Origin: Parachlamydiales bacterium
GTDB lineage: Bacteria > Chlamydiota > Chlamydiia > Chlamydiales > SM23-39
Assembly (NCBI GenBank): GCA_050302075.1
Contig: JBNLAH010000011.1
Coordinates: 1 to 7,560, forward strand
Length of the DNA: 7,560 bases
Reading direction: 5' to 3'
A model generated the notes under the pieces. It did not search any database, was not told the DNA's origin, and worked only from the letters and a program-made list of their open reading frames with translations. The position numbers and the translations under genes were made by a program. Below are positions 6,092-7,560 of this stretch, in pieces (the first letter of the stretch is position 1; each line of letters starts with the position of its first letter).

Positions 6092-6783
6092 ATACGTTTT
6101 GATCTCCAATAGTTAAAAAAAACATGCAAAATTAAGGCTGAATCTTTTATTGCTGAAAAATGTGACGAGCTATTTTTTTTATGATAGATAGTTTTAATTG
6201 GGCATTCTTCAATTTTTAAGTTATCTCTTAAAGCTAACAGTAAACATCGAAATTCCAATTCATATCGATCTCCGTAAATTTCTTTTTCAAATTTTTGAAC
6301 GACTGTTTTATTGAAGGCTCTGTATCCAGATTGAGTATCAATAGGGGCCTTAGGAAAAAGTCTATGTAAAAGAAATGAGATAATTAGGTTTGGAAGCCGC
6401 CTTATAAAAGGTGCATGTTTGAAGTTTCTACTTCCAATTACAAAGTCAGCTCCTTTAGCAACACAGGTTGCTATTGCTGGAATTTCAGATGGTAGATGTT
6501 GCCCATCTGAATCTATTGTGAGCAATGTGTCAAAAGAAATATGATTTAAAGCATATTGAAATCCTTTAAGTAAGGCTACACCTTTACCTTTGTTCTCAGA
6601 AAAAGTTATTAAATGTACTTTTTCTTTATCTTTAGATTGAAATTCCTGGAGGATTTTAGGGGTTTGATCTGTTGATCCATCGTCTATAAGAATCAAAGAT
6701 GTACATTGAGGTAAGATTTGCTCGATTACTGGTCTGCAATATTTTTCTACATTATAGCAGGGGACAACAATGCTAAGTCTCAA
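6088..6783 (-). CDS. GT2 glycosyltransferase, DPM1-like (polyprenol-phosphate glycosyltransferase type)
   Basis: SIVVPCYN, IDDGSTD, NKGKG, DSDGQH, VIGSR, DTQSGYR, RYELE and SHF motifs. TTG at 6783 is preferred because GGAG (6793-6790) lies 6 nt upstream, giving MRLSIVVPCYN. The track's start at 6795 has no evident SD. Confidence 0.9.
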   Translation of the reverse strand: MRLSIVVPCYNVEKYCRPVIEQILPQCTSLILIDDGSTDQTPKILQEFQSKDKEKVHLITFSENKGKGVALLKGFQYALNHISFDTLLTIDSDGQHLPSEIPAIATCVAKGADFVIGSRNFKHAPFIRRLPNLIISFLLHRLFPKAPIDTQSGYRAFNKTVVQKFEKEIYGDRYELEFRCLLLALRDNLKIEECPIKTIYHKKNSSSHFSAIKDSALILHVFFNYWRSKRI

Positions 6784-6927
6784 AGTTAACTCCAAAAGGG
6801 GAATAACTTTTTGTTTTATATAAAAAAAATATTTTTGTCAGCCTCTTTGTAAATTGAAATATTGAAAAAGAGATAATAATGGAAATTACTAGAGAATTTA
6901 ATTATTAAATTTTGATAAAAATTGATT

Positions 6928-6947
6928 AAAGAAACGAAGTAGTTCGT
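6928..6947 (-). terminator. Possible weak intrinsic terminator after the LRR gene
   Basis: Minus strand ACGAA-CTAC-TTCGT (5-bp stem) followed by TTCTTT, a few nt after the tandem TAATAA stops. The stem is short. Confidence 0.3.
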
Positions 6948-6954
6948 ATGTTTA

Positions 6955-7560
6955 TTAGGCTATCTTCAATTTATGCGCGTAAATCTTAACCCAGCTAAGG
7001 AACTTATTAGCATCAATTGGGTTATCACGAAGCAATATATTCACTATATTTCTTAATTCTTTTATAGAGCGTGGCATCCCAGCAATAGTAAGCTTGTTAG
7101 ATCTAAGTTCGAGAACTCTTAGTTGTATTAATTTACCAATAGATTCAGGTAAGGCAATTAGTCGGTTGTTATTGAGATAGAGATTCAATAGATTTTCCAA
7201 GCCAGCTATATCCTTAGGTAAAACAGTAAGTTGGTTGTTATCAAGGGATAGAAGACTTAGCTGTTTTAAATTACCGATAGATTCAGGCAAAAAGGTAAGC
7301 TTGTTAATATTAAGGTTAATAAATCCTAGCTTTATTAATTTACCGATAGACTCAGGTAAAAAAGTAAGCTTGTTAGTACAAATATTGAGAATGTTTAGCT
7401 CTATTAATTCACCGATAGACTCAGGTAAAAAAGTAAGCTTGTTATTATAAAGGTGGAGGAGAGTTAGCTGCTTTAAACCACCAATAGACTCAGGTAAAAA
7501 AGTAAGCTTGTTAGTACAAATATTGAGAATGTTTAGCTCTATTAATTCACCGATAGACTC
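6955..7560 (-). CDS. Partial CDS (3' part; begins beyond right edge): leucine-rich repeat protein with 23-aa LRRs
   Basis: The frame is open from 7560, not just from the track's 7290: ESIGELIELNILNICTNKLTFLP / ESIGGLKQLTLLHLYNNKLTFLP / ESIGELIELNILNICTNKLTFLP / ESIGKLIKLGFINLNINKLTFLP / ESIGNLKQLSLLSLDNNQLTVLP / KDIAGLENLLNLYLNNNRLIALP / ESIGKLIQLRVLELRSNKLTIAGMP / RSIKELRNIVNILLRDNPI... This fits the consensus LxxLxxLxLxxNxLxxLPxxIG. 201 aa are visible. Confidence 0.95.
   Translation of the reverse strand, partial: ESIGELIELNILNICTNKLTFLPESIGGLKQLTLLHLYNNKLTFLPESIGELIELNILNICTNKLTFLPESIGKLIKLGFINLNINKLTFLPESIGNLKQLSLLSLDNNQLTVLPKDIAGLENLLNLYLNNNRLIALPESIGKLIQLRVLELRSNKLTIAGMPRSIKELRNIVNILLRDNPIDANKFLSWVKIYAHKLKIA
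7147..7560. repeat. 69-bp tandem coding repeat (LRR units)
   Basis: The 30-nt core atagactcaggtaaaaaagtaagcttgtta occurs exactly at 7346, 7415 and 7484, with a variant at 7277. Positions 7346-7422 are identical to 7484-7560. Confidence 0.95.

Noticed and set aside
6813..6841. Promoter for the DPM1-like gene (CTGACA ... TATAAA/TAAAAC on the minus strand)
   Set aside because: Either the spacing (15 nt) or the -10 match is poor, so it is not distinguishable from AT-rich background.
7288..7290. Track start of the LRR ORF (111 aa)
   Set aside because: This is an internal Leu (TTG) codon. The frame stays open to the window edge, so the gene starts beyond 7560.
7235..7450. 71-aa plus-strand repetitive ORF (PIDSGKKVSLL)
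   Set aside because: Antisense reading of the LRR repeats; its periodicity derives from the real gene.
7277..7560. CRISPR-like pattern (30-nt constant repeat with 39-nt variable spacers)
   Set aside because: The period is exactly 69 nt (23 codons), the frame is open and encodes canonical LRRs, the spacers resemble each other, and no cas genes are present.

Overview
AT-rich bacterial window with eight minus-strand CDSs. Two eukaryote-like, effector-type genes run off the edges: at left, a 5' fragment with two hydrophobic segments and an F-box-like motif; at right, a 3' fragment of a 23-aa leucine-rich-repeat protein. The ORF track misses the first and truncates the second. Between them lies a six-gene glycan/c-di-GMP block in two tightly coupled units. 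Unit A is a DPM1-like GT2 plus a degenerate alkaline-phosphatase-superfamily-like protein. Unit B is a membrane-anchored HEAT-repeat protein, a processive PgaC/IcaA-like GT2 synthase, a DgcZ-like CZB-GGDEF diguanylate cyclase lacking the I-site, and a 2H phosphoesterase. The most interesting hypothesis is a zinc/oxidant-responsive c-di-GMP-controlled polysaccharide module. In it, a HEAT protein sits where a PgaD/PilZ-type partner would be expected, and a 2H enzyme sits where an EAL/HD-GYP phosphodiesterase would be expected. The flanks suggest a host-associated bacterium such as an environmental chlamydia, but taxonomy is inference only.
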